Positions 60,913 to 64,000 of a stretch of DNA of 64,000 nucleotides are shown piece by piece. The stretch covers positions 13,433 through 77,432 of the forward strand of contig NZ_CAUEQY010000004.1 of NCBI RefSeq assembly GCF_959020145.1. Reading direction: 5' to 3'. The DNA is from an uncultured Bifidobacterium sp. Lineage in GTDB: Bacteria; Actinomycetota; Actinomycetes; Actinomycetales; Bifidobacteriaceae. Every line of letters begins with the position of its first letter. The stretch's first letter is position 1. The position numbers and the translations under genes are program-made. The notes beneath the pieces were generated by a model, which saw nothing but the letters and a program-made list of their open reading frames with translations, was not told where the DNA came from and made no database searches.

Positions 60913-61395
60913 TCAGTCGGCGAACAGGTCGTGGGCCGGACCCTTGTCTTCAGGCTCCTCGACCTTGATGTTCACTTGGGCCGGGCTCAGCAGGAACACG
61001 CGCGGAGTGACGCGTTCGATGGAGCCGCGCACGCCGAACACCACACCGGCGGAGAAGTCGACGATGCGGTATGCCACGGCTTCGGCCACACCTGTCAGGT
61101 TCAGCACCACCGGAATGCCGTCACGAATGGCGCGACCGACCATCTGCGCATCGTCATAGGTCTTCGGATGGATGGTGGTGATGCGGCTCACTCTACCCCC
61201 CTGGAACGGGTTGGACTGCTCACGCGGAGCGGACGGCGTGGAAGCGGAAGCCGAAGAGGAAGGCATCGGGGTGACGGAATGATCCGAATCGAACGAGGTC
61301 TCGCCGGTGTCGACGTCATCCTCGAAATCATCCTCACCCTCGGCGACGTCGGACATTCCCAAGTACGACATCGCGTTCTTCATGAAACCTGCCAT
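60913..61395 (-). CDS. sepF: Cell division protein SepF
   Basis: YLG, ITTIHPKTYDDA, PVVLNL, RIVDFSAG, VFLLSP. Confidence 0.95.
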   Translation of the reverse strand: MAGFMKNAMSYLGMSDVAEGEDDFEDDVDTGETSFDSDHSVTPMPSSSASASTPSAPREQSNPFQGGRVSRITTIHPKTYDDAQMVGRAIRDGIPVVLNLTGVAEAVAYRIVDFSAGVVFGVRGSIERVTPRVFLLSPAQVNIKVEEPEDKGPAHDLFAD

Positions 61396-61425
61396 GTATG
61401 TTCCTTTCGCGTCTACGCGTTGACT

Positions 61426-62658
61426 TTAGCGCAGGAAATCCGGAATATCGAGGTCGCCCGGATCGTTAGCCGAAACCACTTCATGCTCGGTGGTCTGGTC
61501 GAACGAGGCGACGTTCTGGTCCGGAGTGGACGGAATGTAGCTGGACAGCGGCTGCACCTGCGGCACCGCCGGAGTCTGCACCGGCTGCGGCTGCTGGGCG
61601 GGAGCCTGCACGCCGGCGGACAACGCGGACAGCGGTACCGTGTTTTCCTTGGCCGCGGCCGGCTTTTCTTCGGCCGGCTGGTCGGGCTTCTTAGAATTGG
61701 CATCGAAACCTGCCGCGATGACGGTGACACGCACCTCGTCGCCGTAGGCGTCGTCCAGGGACAGGCCCCAGATGATCTGCGCTTCCGGATGGATGGCCTT
61801 CTGCACCAGCGCGACCGCGGCTGCGGCTTCCTGCAGCTTCAGGTCGGTCGGACCGGCGATGTTGATCAGTGCGCCATGCGCACCCTCGATGCTTTCCTCC
61901 AGCAGCGGCGAGCTGATGGCGATTTCCGCGGCCTGCGTGGCGCGGTCCTCTCCCCGAGCGGAACCGATGCCGAACAGCGCGGTGCCGGCACCACGCAGAA
62001 TCGCGTTGACATCGTTGAAATCAACGTGGATGTACGAATTCGAGGTAATCAGGTCGGTGATGCCCTGCACGCCGGCCAGCAGTGCGGTGTCGGCGGTCTT
62101 GAACGCGTCGACGATGCCAATGGTGCGGTCGGACAGTTCCAGCAGTCGGTCGTTCGGAATGACGATCAGCGCGTCGACTTCCTTGCGCAGGTTCTCGATG
62201 CCGAGCGCGGCGGAAGCGGAACGCTGCGGACCTTCGAAGCTGAACGGACGGGTCACCACGGCGATGGTCAGCGCGCCCTGCTGGTGGGCCGCACGTGCCA
62301 CGATCGGGCTGGCGCCGGTTCCGGTGCCACCGCCCTCACCGCAGGTGACGAACACCATGTCGGAGCCCTTAAGCGCCTCTTCGATGTCGGACTGGTGATC
62401 CTGCGCCGCCTTGGCACCCTTTTCCGGGTCGGCGCCAGCGCCCAGACCACGGCTGGAGGCATCGTTCAGCGAGATCTTGACATCGGCGTCGGATCGCAGC
62501 AGATCCTTTGCATCAGTGTTGATCGCAATAAATTCGACGCTTTGAAGACCCTCCGCAATCATGCGATTGACAGCGTTGCCTCCGGCTCCACCGACACCGA
62601 CGACCTTGATGTTGGTCTTGTCGTTGAAATTGTCAGTCTGGGCAATCTCGCTCACCAT
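61426..62658 (-). CDS. ftsZ: Cell division protein FtsZ
   Basis: GVGGAGGNAVNRM, GGGTGTG, VDFND, C-terminal DLDIPDFLR. Confidence 0.98.
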   Translation of the reverse strand: MVSEIAQTDNFNDKTNIKVVGVGGAGGNAVNRMIAEGLQSVEFIAINTDAKDLLRSDADVKISLNDASSRGLGAGADPEKGAKAAQDHQSDIEEALKGSDMVFVTCGEGGGTGTGASPIVARAAHQQGALTIAVVTRPFSFEGPQRSASAALGIENLRKEVDALIVIPNDRLLELSDRTIGIVDAFKTADTALLAGVQGITDLITSNSYIHVDFNDVNAILRGAGTALFGIGSARGEDRATQAAEIAISSPLLEESIEGAHGALINIAGPTDLKLQEAAAAVALVQKAIHPEAQIIWGLSLDDAYGDEVRVTVIAAGFDANSKKPDQPAEEKPAAAKENTVPLSALSAGVQAPAQQPQPVQTPAVPQVQPLSSYIPSTPDQNVASFDQTTEHEVVSANDPGDLDIPDFLR

Positions 62659-62834
62659 TGTCTCCTGTTCACTCACGTATATGAACAACTCTATCGCAAT
62701 CGCGCCGATGATACGCGCACTTTTCCAGGCGTGTACCACCGTTTTTTCACTTTTTTGCTGTCAGCATGTTCATTCTGCCTGCGTTGACCCCTTCAGTCAT
62801 TTGTACACGGCTCTTCGAACATGCGTGACGGGCT

Positions 62835-64000
62835 TTAGTAGCTGGCATCCATCGGGTCATCCCCGAACAGCGCCTCACGCTCCTCGTGCGTGGTTTCCCG
62901 GGATTCCAACCATCCGTAAGGCAGATGCACCTTTTTGGCGAAGCGCACGCGCCCCCTTGGCTTGTCGGCGATGCGTTCTGGGAACCGAATGTTCGGGTCG
63001 AGTCTGCCTATCTCGCGCCGGACATCCTCAAGATTTTCACATTCCATGAACGCACGGCGTGTGGAACCGCCCACGGGGAAGCCCTTCAGATACCACGCGA
63101 CGTGCTTGCGCAGGTCATGCACGGCCATCCGCTCGTCGCCATCATAGAATTCGGTCAGCAGTTCGGCATGCCGTTCGATCACGCGGCACACGTCGCCCAG
63201 CGTGGGGTCGACGCGCTCGTCACTGCCGGCGAACGCGTTCTTGATGTCGGCGAACAACCATGGACGGCCTTGGCAGCCGCGGCCGATCGCAACACCCGCG
63301 CAACCGGTTTCGGCGACCATCGCCAACGCGTCGTTGGCACCCCAAATATCCCCGTTGCCGAAGACGGGAATATCAAGCTCGGAAACCAGCTCGCCGATGC
63401 GGGACCAATCGGAATGCCCACCGTAATATTCGGCGGTGGTGCGCGCGTGCAGGGTGACGGCCTTGCAGCCTTCCTCCTGCGCGATGTGCCCGGCTTCGAG
63501 GAACGTCTCGTGTTCATGGTCGATGCCGACGCGGATTTTGGCCGTGACCGGCACGTTGGCCGCGTCGCACACCTTGACCACGCGTTGGATGATCTCACGG
63601 AACAGGTCCGTCTTCCATGGCAGCGCGGATCCGCCGCCACGACGCGTCACCTTGGGCACCGGGCAGCCGAAGTTGAGGTCGACATGGTCGGCCATGTTCT
63701 CGTCGATGACGATTTTCGCGGCCTGCTCCACAATCGAGGGATTGACGCCGTACAGCTGCAGCGAGCGAATCTTCTCGCTGGGTGCGAAACGGCATAGGCG
63801 CAGGGCTTTCGGATTGCGGGCCACCAATGCGCGCGCGGTGATCATTTCCGCCACGTACAGACCGTCGGGACCGTAGCTTTCGCAGATCACGCGGAACGGC
63901 CAGTTGGTGACGCCCGCCATAGGCGAAAGCACCACCGGCGTTTCGACGTGCACCGGACCCAAATCAACGGGCTTTATAACGGGAGGAACCGACGGCCGTT
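62835..64000 (-). CDS. dus: tRNA-dihydrouridine synthase (5' end beyond the window)
   Basis: SPMAGVT, DLNFGCP, KIRVG, LHART, GNGDI, IGRG. Frame stays open to the window edge. Confidence 0.92.
   Translation of the reverse strand, partial: RPSVPPVIKPVDLGPVHVETPVVLSPMAGVTNWPFRVICESYGPDGLYVAEMITARALVARNPKALRLCRFAPSEKIRSLQLYGVNPSIVEQAAKIVIDENMADHVDLNFGCPVPKVTRRGGGSALPWKTDLFREIIQRVVKVCDAANVPVTAKIRVGIDHEHETFLEAGHIAQEEGCKAVTLHARTTAEYYGGHSDWSRIGELVSELDIPVFGNGDIWGANDALAMVAETGCAGVAIGRGCQGRPWLFADIKNAFAGSDERVDPTLGDVCRVIERHAELLTEFYDGDERMAVHDLRKHVAWYLKGFPVGGSTRRAFMECENLEDVRREIGRLDPNIRFPERIADKPRGRVRFAKKVHLPYGWLESRETTHEEREALFGDDPMDASY

Overview
GC-rich actinobacterial chromosome segment. The tmRNA tag peptide AKSNRTEFALAA, an AraQ-type operator and the gene order point to Bifidobacterium (inference). 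Most of the window is core genome: a peptide ABC importer, a ROK regulator plus fructokinase, ssrA, the dcw cluster (mraZ to ftsQ, with a degenerate murE-like gene), HelD, serA, nrdR-LysM/lexA, a CDF exporter, ldh, hflX, hrpA, glnA, the his genes, dnaE, and rluD-lspA-divIVA-yggT-sepF-ftsZ-dus. The main accessory signal is an island at about 37.7-44.0 kb. It encodes a small Sec-secreted Cys/Tyr-rich protein (possibly lactococcin-972-like), two paralogous four-Cys lipoproteins, a MacAB/YknXYZ-type ABC module and an intact NarL/LuxR response regulator. Its sensor kinase is broken by an internal deletion. The same TACYCA-W3-TGRGTA palindrome sits upstream of both output operons. Other points of note are a probable integration scar after ssrA, a Zur-type box before the CDF exporter, four SOS boxes, MraZ repeats, 14 hendecad repeats in DivIVA, ATCGCAA repeats in his intergenic regions and a strand-skewed composition tract at the island edge. 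No CRISPR array, IS element, integrase, rRNA or tRNA was seen. All calls come from reading the sequence; no searches were run.
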